The notes: generated by a model from the letters alone, not told the origin. Shown: positions 1 through 11,516, numbered from the stretch's first letter. The stretch: DNA of 33,826 nucleotides from Jimgerdemannia flammicorona (GCA_003990765.1 RBNJ01000298.1:1-33826), one strand, 5' to 3'. Made by a program: numbers and translations.

Positions 1-860
1 TCATCAAGAATTGAGCCTATCCCCTTCCACTACATCACAATGGATATCATTGGACCACTACCAGTAACACTATCAGGAAACTACTATATTATAGTTATTG
101 TAGACCTCTTCACCAAATGGATAGAGGCAGGAGCATTACAAGAAGCCAATGCCCTCTCTATAGCTGACTTCCTATACTGAGAAATCATCTGCCACTACAA
201 GACACCAAAGCAAATCACAACAGACCGTGGTACAGAATTTGTTAATGGATTCTATGAGATAATATATCAGAAATACAAGATCCAGCACATCAAGACCACT
301 GCATACCACTCTCAAGGAAATGGACAGATAGAGAGAACCAACAAGACTCTCAAGAACATCCTAGCAAAGATCTCAGAGACATATGAGAATTGGGATAACT
401 ATCTTTCAACTGCCCTCTCTGTTCTACAAGACATAGGGTCACAGAGTACACATTTTACCCCAAGAGAGCTGCTCTTTAGAGAAGAAGATTCTGATGGAAC
501 CTCAGCCATAATCTAGACCTAACTTGGAAACAGGTTGATACAGAAATCTGGGGACTATACCAAATCAGGAAGAAGGCTGAAGATTATATCACCAAGTCAC
601 AAGCGCTGACAAGAAAGAATGTGGAAAAGAATCACAAGGCCCTAGAACCCATCTGAATCGGAGAAAAGGTTCTACTGTATCGAAATATGGTAGAAGCCTC
701 ATGGTCACAAAAACTGGAGCCCAAATGGGAAGGACCCTTCTATGTGCAAGATATCAAGGGAACTACCTTCTGGCTTAGAAAAATCTCAGAGACCATACTG
801 TCTACCATGGTACATAGGAACAGACTCAAGAAATATCATGAACCTATACAAGAGAAGTAA
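1..860 (+). pseudogene. Gypsy pol C-terminus (integrase DDE core + GPY/F), disabled
   Basis: Integrase motifs as above. In-frame TGA at 178-180, frameshifts after ~420, terminal TAA at 858-860. No chromodomain seen. Confidence 0.9.
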
Positions 861-861
861 A

Positions 862-1434
862 ATGTGATGACCACCTACAAGGTTCTAGTCTGCAAATCAT
901 AACAGCATATCCCATGACCAGCAGGCTATCTGTCTGGACCATTCTCTAAGGGATATGACACTGGCAACTACTCATCTATGAGACTTTCGAAGTCAGAGAA
1001 GTTCAAACTATCAACTGATTGGTCAAGATCAGAATCAGGCCCTTGCTCTATATGAAGTGAGCAACCCTTCACCATCATGCCAAAATACAAAAGGAAGATA
1101 TCAGCCCATAAACACCAGTTTTCGACACCTTGCCAGAGGTTATGGGATCAGCAAATTTTTCAGGACTGGACTAATGAATAAGGATGCTCAGAAAGATCCT
1201 TATTCAGGAGGAAGATGTAATAGTGACCCCAGAATGATGACATCAACACAGGAGACAGCCTTTCCTTGCAAGCCACCAGATCAGAGCACAAGAAGATCAT
1301 ATGGCATATGAAATGAGCAATGATGACCAACTGTGAGTCATTGTGACCACAGCATAAGCATCCTGAAGAATATAAAAGAAGGATCAAGAAACCACAGTAG
1401 CAGCAACCAACAAGAACCACCAATCCCAAAATAG
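862..1434 (+). pseudogene. Putative accessory ORF A of the gypsy element (~190 codons, unknown function)
   Basis: ATG lies 1 nt after the pol stop. One frame runs to TAG 1432-1434 and includes track ORF 1057..1311. Internal stops are mostly TGA, as expected from CGA by C-to-T. Confidence 0.4.
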
Positions 1435-1457
1435 CTCAAAGACTTATCATAAACAAA

Positions 1458-2291
1458 ATGCCTGCTGTATGCCAAACCTCAAGGTTAAGGAATCACTAAG
1501 GTATCTTGGTTGAGGAAAGGATGTTCCAAGACATCAGAAGAGCCATGAGGACCTGCTCAAGAAGGACTCCTAGTGTCAACCTAGGTACTGCAGACTCTTA
1601 TCACTTCATTCTCTACTGCCATGAAATAGAAACAAGGATCACTATTACTACTGAATGCCTCCAAATATGGCAGAAGTACGAAATAGAAAACCTCCTCTGC
1701 CAAGAGTTCCCACAAACCAGCATCCAAGAGCTACAAGATGCCACTTCCATGAATATACACAAAACAAGGATAGCTAAGAAGATCCATCAGATCTTCAGGC
1801 ATACACCATGATCAATCCCCAACTTGGAGTATGTTAGAGTCTCAGACTTCAGAGACCTATCATCCTGCCATATCAATGCACTAGAAGCCAGGGTGGCTAC
1901 AGAAGCCTAGTCCACTATCACCCTCAATAGTGAAGAAGTAGAAGACTTCTGGCACCCTATCCTTCAGGACAACCCAGACCAATTCCTGCAAAGATTGATC
2001 TCAGTATTCCAAGGCCCAAGCATCCAGGTTAGACCTCCCCAAGACCCCACATTTGTTCCCTATTTTGTAGAAGAGAACCTCATAAACTGGAGAGCTCTAG
2101 ACCTTATTTCTGATTTCCCTGCCACAGCCGAATGTGATGACGTCATCGGCGATGACATCATCCCATATGACATATCTGAAGTACGCAAAGAATGTAAAAC
2201 ATGTGACCTGCATGACAAATTTGCAGATCTCATCTCCTTCAGTGATGATGATGATGATGAAGCCCCTATGATCCTGAACTTTCTGCTCTAA
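1458..2291 (+). pseudogene. Putative accessory ORF B of the gypsy element (~277 codons, acidic C-terminus)
   Basis: ATG at 1458 follows an A-rich context (aaacaaaATG). It is in frame with track ORFs 1506..1811 and 1995..2291, with three internal stops (1497, 1809, 1908). Shares a motif with the ORF at 22221-22712. Confidence 0.65.
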
Positions 2292-2802
2292 GTTCTTTAT
2301 TACACTGGATAATGCCAGCACTGGTATTCTCATGTAATACTGGATAATGCCAGCACTGGTATTCTCATATAACACTGAATAATGCCAGCACCAGTATTCT
2401 GAGGTGATGCGAAATTGTTCCAGCACTGGCATTTTGATATGATACTAAATAATGCTAGCATTCTGAACCTGTACAACCATCAATACCGACTCTGGAACTT
2501 AGTAGTTTTAGTTATTGGAATTTATATTTAGCTTTATATCTTAGCAACCATTGAATTATATTTTGTATAAATACCTCTCTTATTTCCTCTGAAATAAAGT
2601 CAGTTCCAGTTTCACTTACACACACTTTCTTGCAAACAATCTAAGAGATAACAAGACAGTTAAAGATAAGAAGTTTGAGGACTATAAGACCTTGGGAAGG
2701 AACTCCAATAAGAACTTGCTTATAATAACTTGAGTTAGTCTAAGAGATACACCTTGAAGAGAATCTGGTATATTTGAAGAACTCAGTGACCACTATATGA
2801 CA
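2133..2802 (+). repeat. Probable 3' LTR (left boundary uncertain, 2133 or ~2292)
   Basis: TGTGAT...ATGACA imperfect inverted ends, internal tandem repeats, TATA box at ~2566, aataaa at ~2593. No clear PPT and no partner LTR in the window. Confidence 0.4.
2302..2434. repeat. 35-bp tandem repeat, 3 copies plus a partial, each with an internal palindrome (AATGCCAG-CA-CTGGYATT)
   Basis: Units start at 2305, 2340 and 2375, with a partial copy at ~2420. Confidence 0.85.
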
Positions 2803-2809
2803 ATATATT

Positions 2810-3288
2810 TATTATTATTTAGGAATTCAGTAATAAGAATGATTTTTTTTACTGCATATTCTGCTTCTTTTCCTGTTAATCCTTGATTATATGCATCCAT
2901 ATATCTAAAAGATTTTCTAGCATATTTTTGAATAGTTGATAATTTAATACTATCTAAAGCTTGAGGAATAATTTCATTTAAACTATTCCAAGTATAATCA
3001 CAATGTTCTCTTGTAAATAATTTTGCAGCTCTCCAAAACATTTCAATATAATTAAGTTCACAATGAAATTTAGGATAAAAAATAATTTTATGACCAGCTG
3101 TAATAATAATTTCTTCAAGCATACATTTTTGATTAAGAAAATCAGGTTGTAATTCTAAAATTCTTTGTGCACAACAATTATTTCTTAATTTTTTTTTTCA
3201 TTTTTAATATATAGTTGACAAATTTTTAATAAATTATCTTTCCATAATCCTCTTTTTTGTAAAATTATTTTCATTCCTTTTGATTGAT

Positions 3289-3291
<3 letters not shown>
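2810..3291 (-). pseudogene. Tc1/IS630-like (DDE_3-type) transposase, C-terminal remnant
   Basis: QSKGMKIILQKRGLW...CCAQRILELQPDFLNQK..LEE....GHKIIFYPKFHCELNYIEMFW..AK..TRE.CDY...RKSFRYMDAY..GL..KEAEYAVKK. Broken on its 5' side by the LINE poly(A). Confidence 0.8.

Positions 3292-3368
<77 letters not shown>
3292..3368 (-). repeat. Poly(A) tail of the LINE (T77 on + strand)
   Basis: Homopolymer ~22 nt downstream of AATAAA (3391-3396 on - strand). Confidence 0.9.
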
Positions 3369-3371
<3 letters not shown>

Positions 3372-3394
3372 GTCACTTGGACTTTCTTCCTTTA

Positions 3395-6300
3395 TTATGC
3401 CCATCTATCCCATATAAATACAGTGACTCTACCCCCCTAACCAATCCCCCTAGGGGGGTCCCCCTCCCCCTACCCCTTCTCAATGAAAGACCACTCTGTC
3501 TAACACCATCCCCACTCTCCCACCACTCTGCTCACAGATCCTTACTACCAAACTGCGACGCTGCCCCCCCTGAGGACCCCAACCCACCCACCATCCAGTC
3601 AGCAGATCCCCCAATAGCTCCTCCCACCTTAGTATCTTCTTCTGCTGCCCCATCTACCTCCTCTCCTCAAATACAAAAAGCCAATGTCACACTAGTCCTA
3701 CCCATACTGCTAATACTCACCCTACAGTAAGCCAACTATCACCCACCCCACCCACTAGCTGAGATCTCAAGTCCTCCCAGCAGCCCCCTACACCCGCCAG
3801 CCTTCGCTCCACACCCAGTCTATCCCCTATTTCTACCCAAAAGTCCCCCAAAACCTCACACTCTCCCAGCCAGTGTTCCAGCATCTACACCAGACCCCTA
3901 GCTTGCCCAATATTGTAACACTCCTCACACTCGAAATGGCCACCATCCACCAGATGCCTAGCATGGAAATTCAACATAATATTCCTCTGCAGTATCTGCC
4001 ACCATACCACCCAGAATTTGGGAGGAAGCCATCTTCACACCTCAGTACTCCATGACCAGACACCTGCCCAGTCCCACTTCTTGCCAATCCCTGCTGCCTG
4101 CTAGCTACTCAGCCAAAGATCCTGACCAAGACCCTGCTGACACTCCACTCTATCCCTGATATCAAACATAGTAAGTGGAGCACCCCCCAGGAGCAGTCTA
4201 TCCCAATGCTACATATTAGGCCCCCACATCACCTTCCCCTCATTGTCTTGCCAATGCAGGCCAATTTGGTGTGCTCTATCTACCACTCTCCACCAAAAGC
4301 CCTTGAATCACAGCCGCTGAATTCCATTAGCCCCACCAAAGAGAGTAGATCTCTGGAGGACCCTCAAGGGGAGGTTCTCATCTCCCACACCTTCCACAGC
4401 AGAGGCACCCAACCCCTGCCCTGCAGTTCAGCAGCTCTCTTTAACCACCAGGCTCGCAAGCAGTGCAGCCTCTTAGGGAAATCCACAAGGCCCAGATCTC
4501 CCCTGACCACTGGTGTTGCCAAAGTATTCCAACTGACCTGGGCCCTCCTTCCTGTCCAAATCCAATCCCTAGCCACCTTTGTCAGCCTCTTCACTACCTA
4601 TGCTGGAAATTCGAGGTGATAGGCTATGTACCATAGCTTGGGGAACCAGTATACATTCAGAATTGACACCTGCCCTGCCAGAGAGATATGGTGGCCTCTC
4701 CAACCTCGAAGGGCCTCTCCCCAAATGGTCACTCTGCTCTCCCACCATACTCATGGCAAGACAGAACCATATACAGAAAGGAAGATGCCCAGATACTACA
4801 CTACCTCACCAGTAGAGACAATTGTTCCAATGATGTCCCCACCTACTAGCCCATTCTCTAGCACCATTGTCTCACACTTATTCCAGTTGAGCTTTGCCCC
4901 AGAGTGAGCCTCATACCATTCCACTGTCTCCTTAAGTGCCTCTACATCCACCACAGACCCAAGTCCAACCACCATGTCATCAGCAAAGGTCCCCACCTTC
5001 CACACTATACCATATATAGAAAACCCTACCACCCTCTGACGAATCCTATCCATCAATGGCTCCAGTGAGAGGGCATAGAGAATAGGGGACAAAGGATCCC
5101 CCTGAGGAACTCCTCTTCCCAAGGAAAATGCCAGACCATGGTATCTATTACACATCAGTGCTGCCTGACTGCTCCCTAGCAGATTCAACATAGAGGCCTA
5201 AAATCTTGGGGGAACACTAATTTGATCCATCACTTTGGCCAGCCAAACCCACCATACCCAGTTATAGGCCTTCTTCTGGTCCAAAAAAACCAACCTTCCA
5301 TCCAGTCTACAGGCCCGGGTCCCTTCAATGACACCATGTACCCATACAGTCCCATCTCTTATAAGTCTGCCCCCAACAAAGCCCCGCTGCTCCTCCCCCA
5401 GCACCTGTTGGGCAACTTTCTGCAGCCTAGCAACAACCACCTTAATCATCATTTTCCTGTCCATACCTAGAAGCATGATCAGTCTCCAGTTCTTCCAGTC
5501 CTCTCTCCTCTCTTTATCTTTGAACAATAAGGCCACCAGCCTGAGGTCCAGCTCTCCAACCCACTCACCATTCTGAATAACATGGTCATAGAGGGCAGTC
5601 ATCTCACTCAAAACTCTGGAGACCTTCACTATCTTCTTCCAGAAGTTCCATGGCAATCCATCCTCCCCTGGTGCCATTCTAAGCTTAGTTGCTGCAAGGA
5701 CACTCTGGATCTCCTCTCCTTGCACCGATAAGATCAAGTCACCCAGTTCAGCTACTTGTGGCAGCCTCCACTCCCCTAGTGTATCTGCAATCATTACCTC
5801 ATCAGTACCCCCTTCTCCCTCACTCTACAAACCCTGCCATCTCTCCTTCAAAACCCCTAGGATTTGTTGTGTGCCATGCACCATGTCCCCATCAGCATCC
5901 AGGACCCCATTCTATTGATACCACACTCTCCTAATGTTGAGGAGTCTTGATAAGTACCTAGTAGGCTGCTCACCCTCCTCAAGCCCCTGCCACCATAGCC
6001 TAGCAGCCATATCTTGCATATGAGTCTCCTCCTCTTCTCTCAACACCTGTTGCAATTCCACTATCTCCAATTTTGCCCTTTCTATCCTCCAGTCCTCCAC
6101 CCCCTCAGAAGTGAGCAAATCTGCCCAATCCATTAGCAGTCTCCTCAGCCTATTGGAAGTACACCTCGTGCACACCCTCCTTCGCCTCCCAGTCTCTCTA
6201 CCAGCTCCTCTCCAATAGACCCTCACAGCCTCTTTCAATCTTATCCAATGGACATCCACAGATAAACCCTCATGCCTCCAGACAACAACCTTTGCCTGAA

Positions 6301-7096
6301 TGTCCTCCACTCATGAATCCTATAACCCCTTCTCAGCCAGCAGGGAGGAGTTAAGGCACCAATGTCTGGGTCCATCTCCACTCCCCCCAAACTGCCCCTG
6401 TCCCAATAGTCCCCAGTAATCAGACCATGGGCACCACTCCACCTCCAATGACTTCCAAACATCTGAACCCCAACACTCCACCATCAGGATCCAGTCAATT
6501 CTTGTATCTAAGCCATTCACCCAATGTGTATAGACCCTGGTGTCACCCCACCACATTCGGCCCATATCTCCTAAGGAGCTCAACCTCTCTACCTCCTCCC
6601 ATACATCCAGTCCTCCACTTCTCCCCCCTGCACTCCTCCCTCCATCAGTCCTGTCCAGATGCTGATCCCGAACTATATTAAAGTCCCCCCTGAGAACATC
6701 AACCCCTTCCTCCAAGAGAATACCCTCCTCCAGCAGCTCCTCAATCCATGCAGTCCTCTCACCTCTAACTGTAGGGCAGTAGCAAGAGCCAACTCTCACT
6801 GACTCCCACCCTGGCTGCTACCAATCACTCCAGACCAAGTGATCACCCTAGCTCCTTACTCCCTCCAAGTCTCCTCTACCCTTCCTCACCAGAATCGCTA
6901 CTTTTCCAAACCAAGCAGTCACCCCACCCCATTCCTTAGTCCACTCTACCCAATTATCCTCATTCTCATACCGAACATCCTGTAGTAAAAAGAGATCAGC
7001 CTCCAATCCCTTGAGCTAAGTAAAAATGTTCTTACACCATCCAGAACTCCTCAACCCATTCACATTTAAAGAGAAAATGTTAGTTGTACTATTCAT
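3395..7096 (-). pseudogene. LINE ORF2: AP endonuclease + reverse transcriptase + C-terminal CCHC finger (~1233 codons, internal stops)
   Basis: MNSTTNIFSLNVNGLR, GDFN, TRID (APE). APGEDGLP, NWRxIxLL, GVPQGDPLSPILY, FADD, YLG (RT). CEEC...EHWLGEC (zinc finger). Track ORFs 6320, 5912, 5198, 4796 and 4364 share one frame with ATG 7096 and TAA 3395. Confidence 0.92.
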
Positions 7097-7151
7097 AGGA
7101 AATAATATTAAATAGCAATCCCATTCTCTACAAGTCCATATTCTGCTCCTC

Positions 7152-9161
7152 CTACACCAAGTCCAAGTTATGTTCAGCAGCTAGTTCCCTTTCCCCAGCT
7201 TCCTGTGCCTCCAACTCTTCCAGAAGTTCCACCATCACCCTATCTTCTTTCTCCTCAAAGTCCTCACAATACTCCATACAGGCCTCTCTCCAGAGCTGCA
7301 GACCATGATGCTCAGCCCAACAGTAAGCTGCCTGCTCACCCGCAACCACTGCCAGCTCCACCTTCCTCACCTCATCGACCTCATAACCCTCCTCCTCTAG
7401 GAAGATTGCCAGAATCTCTGCCCTCAGCACCTCTACCATGCCATCTCTATGCAGAATCCGCTCCCAATACTCCTCAGGCATTGCCCACAGGTCCACTTCT
7501 CCCAATATATCAGCCACGAGGTTATCCATCACCTTGCTCATCCACAGCAAGTTTCCCACCTCCTTCTCTCCTGGAGTCCCTGGCCATCCTGCATTCAACA
7601 TCATAGTGTCTGTACTGACACTGGCGGCCTCATCCCACTCTTCCTCAGAGACATCCACTAGCTCATCCTTACCCGCCACCACCACCTGGCCCCCTTTCAT
7701 CACATCAGGGACCCCAAAGCACACTCACTGGGCCCCCTGCATCAGCACATCCTCTGTTGTCCTTCTCTTCACAACCAGGTCCCTCCTGATAAGAGGAGGG
7801 GGGGTGGTATCTAATTCCTACTCCCAGACCTCAAAAGTGCCATCAGTATAGGAGTCCTTGCTCAGCACCTTCCCAGCTCCTTTCTTGCCTACCTCCACCT
7901 CCCCTACTCCTTTACTAGCCCAGACACTGGCTTTGATGCCCCCAGACACCTCAGCTCCAACTGCCTTCTTCTTTGCCTTTACTGTCATACTCACCAGTAG
8001 CTCCCTCTGTCTTTTACACCCCTGTGCCTGCTCCCACTGCCTCTTGTCTATGCAGATATGCTTTCCCTCTACAACCTCCAGATTTGTCATCTCCTCAAAG
8101 AGCTTCCAGGCCTTCGCCCTCTATTCCACTGCACCACTCAACTCCTCTAGTGCTTCTAACAAGTCCTCCTCCTCCTCCTCACTTCCCTTTACCCTCGACA
8201 CCCTACAGATGACAGCCCCCCACATTAATACTGATGGCCAGTTACTCGCCTTTCCCATGGCCTCTCTCCCTGCCAGCCTAATTCTGACATCCACATTGCC
8301 TGTCCTAGTTGCCATCCCCTCCCACACCCAGAATCTGATATCCACCACATTGCTATACTCAGCCACCACCTCCTCTACCCTCCTCCTAGTCTCAACCTTC
8401 ATTACCATAGGAACCCCTTTGACTAGCAGCTATACTACCCTGAGGTCCCACCTAAGGCACTGCATCATAGGGACCACCACTTCACCAACTACCACTCTAG
8501 TCTTCATTACCTCATCCAGTGGGCCCGCCTCTTCAAAGCCAACCTCTACTCCCTCCAGCCCCTTCAGGAACTTCACTGAGGCTGTCCCAGCCACCTGCTG
8601 CGAGATAAGCTCCAGGACCATCCTCACTGTCACCGCCAAGCCCCGGAAGTACAAGGTAGCCGCAAACTCCGAGACCGACTTCTTGAGTAATGGTGCTACC
8701 ACCAGCCCCATCACACCATTGGCCAGGTCTCCCTTCCTCTTTGGGCCCATCTGCCCAGCCCCCACACCAACAGTCACATCTGGATTTTTTTCCAGATTTC
8801 CTGTCATGCTACCATCAGCAGTCCCACTATTACCCCCAGTAGCTACTCCACTATCTCCACCACCCACTGATAAAGGCCCAGCTCCCCCATCATTCCCAGC
8901 CCTCTGCTTCCTCTTCCCACCTGCCTGCCTACCATGGGCTCCCATTGACCATCCTCCAGCCTGCAGCATATCTGCAAAACTCCTTCCTTACTGCCCTCCA
9001 GCCCCCCCACCAGTGCCTCCTCTACTGCCAGAGCTGCCCTGCCCACTTGAGCCACCAAAAGGCCCCATCTTCAGTCCATACCCTCTCCCAATATGTTGCC
9101 AGTTGAAGGCCCCAGGTCTACCTGACCTAGTACACATGTTGGCTTGCTTGCTGGTTGACAT
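7152..9161 (-). pseudogene. LINE ORF1 (~669 codons; Gly-rich N-terminus, acidic C-terminus; internal stops)
   Basis: Track ORFs 8988, 8430, 8121, 7818 and 7152 are in one frame from ATG 9161 (MSTSKQ). It lies directly upstream of ORF2. Confidence 0.8.
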
Positions 9162-9239
9162 TGCCTTAATATCTTTCTCCAATAAACGATGTGAAAGTGT
9201 GTTGTAAAAGTGTATGTAATGTGAATTGTAGTGGAGAAA

Positions 9240-10790
9240 GATGGCCATGTAGTATTGGCTCCTGTACTCACAGTTTCATCCCACTTCTCCTCTGTCACAT
9301 CCACCAGCTCATCCTCACCAACTGCCACCATCTGTCCTCCTTTTGCCAGATCCAGAACTCCAAAATACATCCACTGGGCTCCATATATCAGTACATTCTC
9401 TACTGTCTGGCTCCTTGTAGCAGGACCATGCCTGACAAGAGGGGGGGTGCCATTGAAGTCCTGTTCCCAGACTTCAAATGTACCATCTGCATAAGGGTTG
9501 CTGTGTGGTGGCTTCTCTGCCCCATCCTGACCCTCCTTGACCTCCCCTCTCTCCTCACTGGCCCAGACACTCACCTTAGTGCTCTCTGACTTCTCAATAC
9601 TTCCTGCCTTCCTCTTCTCTCCTTCTTCCATACTCACCAACAACTCCCTCTGCCTCTTGTACCCCTGAGCCCCTCCCACTGCCTCTTATCAGTGCAGATA
9701 TGTTTTCCATCCATGATCTCCAAGTACATCGAATCCACATACACCTGCCAGACCTTAGCCCTCCACTCAACCACTCCACTCCTCTCTTTCAGAGCCTCTA
9801 GCAGATTCTCCTCCTCCTCTTCACTCCTCTTCACCCTTGACACCTTACAGATAAAAACCCCCCACAGCATGACTGAAGGCCAGTCACTTGCCTTCCCAGT
9901 ATCTGAAATCCAATATTCACCACATCTCCATACTCAGCCATCACCTCCTCAACCCTCCTCCTAGTCTCCACAGTCATCACTGTTAGCACTCCCTTCACTA
10001 GTAGCTGAACCACTCTGGGGTTCTACCTCAAGCACCACACCATAGACATCACCACCTCTCCTATAGCCACTCTAATCTTCAACACCTCCTCCAGCAGACC
10101 TGCCTTCTCAAAACCCACCTCTACTCCCTCCAATCCCTTCAGGAACTTCACTGAGACAGCCCCCACCACCTGCTTTAAGATAATCCCCAGGACCATCCTT
10201 GCTGTCACTGCTAGGCCTTGGAAGCACAAAGTTACTGTGAACTCCAAGATTGACTTCTTGAGTAATGGTACTATCACTAGTCCTATCACACCATCCACCA
10301 GGTCCCCCTTCCTCTTTGGGCCCATCTGCCCAGCCCATACATCAATAGTCACATCTGGATTTTTTTCCAGATTCTCAGTCATGTCTCTATCAGCAGTCCC
10401 ACCACTACTCTCAGTAGCTACTTCACTAGCCCTATCTCCTACTGGCTGAGGTCCATACCTCCAGCTTCTCCAACCTTCTGCTTCTCCTTCCCATCTGCCT
10501 GCCCACTCTGAGTTCTCACTGGCTAACCTCCAGCCCATAGCATGTCTGCAAAGCTCCCCTCCTTCTGCCCCCTGGCCCTACCACTAGTGCTGCTTCTACT
10601 GCCTGAGCTGCCCTGCCCACTTGGACCACCAAAAGACCCCATCCTAAGCCCATACCCTCATCTGACATATTGCTAGTCAAAGGCCCCAGGTTTACCTGAC
10701 CTAGTATGTGCATCTACTTGCTTACTAGTTGCTATTGCCTTAGTACCTTTCTCTAATAAACAACTTAAAAGCATATTGTAAAAGTATAGC
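9240..10790 (-). mobile_element. Second, diverged copy of the same LINE's 5' UTR/ORF1, truncated at its 3' end
   Basis: Colinear with ~7600-9215. For example NLEKNPDVT....GQMGPKRKGDL and SVKFLKGLEGVEVGFE occur in both copies, and both 5' ends read ...aataaac...ttgtaaaagt on the + strand. Confidence 0.9.
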
Positions 10791-10869
10791 CTTATAGTTA
10801 GCAGTCCTCAATTTTGACAATTTCTAAATATTTCAAAAGATTTGAAATTGAAGACCTAATATAGTATAG

Positions 10870-11450
10870 CATTTCAACAATGTCAAAATATTTCAACACT
10901 TTTGAAATAACTCATAACTTAGTCACCCATCTCATAGCTAGCAAACTTATATAAATAATTCAGTATCTTAGAGTAAATAAACCTTAAATTAAAATAGTTC
11001 AAAATAAAGAGAAAGCAAAGGAACTAGTAAGTCTGCAGACAGATATACATCAAACTCACTCATCTATATCCTGAGGACTCTGTAGAGTCAAAAAAAATCA
11101 AGTTTTCAAGATATAAAAATTCAAAGTTAAGTATCTGCTATGTTATAATATATATATTTCTTAAAATTAATATATACTAGATTTGTCAAAATTGGCAATT
11201 CAACTATATATTGATTGATTTTATCAAGCTATCAGAATCTCATTCAGATAAAAATCTTGCTAGTGCCTTTGTGAACTATATTTTGAGATTTTGATATATA
11301 GATAAAGATATATAGAAAATAAGTCTTTCAAAAAGATAATATTTTAAAAAGATTAAGTATTTAAAAAAGATTAGATTTTTGAAAAAGATTGAGTTTTCAA
11401 AAAAGGGCAGGTTTTTAAAAAGGTTGGGTTTTTGAAAAAGGTTAAGTTTT

Positions 11451-11516
<66 letters not shown>

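Larger units (their letters stand above)
1..2802 (+). mobile_element. Ty3/gypsy LTR retrotransposon, 3' portion (integrase, accessory ORFs, probable 3' LTR), degenerate; runs off the window start
   Basis: Frame 1 gives an rve integrase core (MDIIGPLP..GNYYIIVIVDLFTKW, TDRGTEF, TTAYHSQGNGQIERTN) and a GPY/F motif (KLEPKWEGPFY). Downstream are a TATA-like element (tataaata, ~2566) and a ...ATGACA end at 2802. Confidence 0.85.
3292..9215 (-). mobile_element. Non-LTR retrotransposon (L1/Tx1-like LINE), near full length
   Basis: ORF1 plus ORF2 (APE-RT-CCHC), AATAAA overlapping the ORF2 stops, and a 77-nt poly(A) tail. No TSD found. Confidence 0.92.

Noticed and set aside
1458..2291. env gene call for the post-pol ORF
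   Set aside because: No signal peptide, furin/fusion peptide or transmembrane segment is visible.
2302..2434. CRISPR-like 35-bp palindromic repeats
   Set aside because: The units are contiguous with no unique spacers, there are no cas genes, and the context is eukaryotic.
3185..3730. Poly-Lys and poly-Phe ORFs
   Set aside because: They are translations of the LINE poly(A) tail.
7858..9207. 449-aa + strand ORF (possible L1 ORF0 analogue)
   Set aside because: It is the mirror frame of ORF1 on a C-rich strand where stops are rare. It has a TTG start and low-complexity S/P/T content, and is not preserved at this length in the sister copy.
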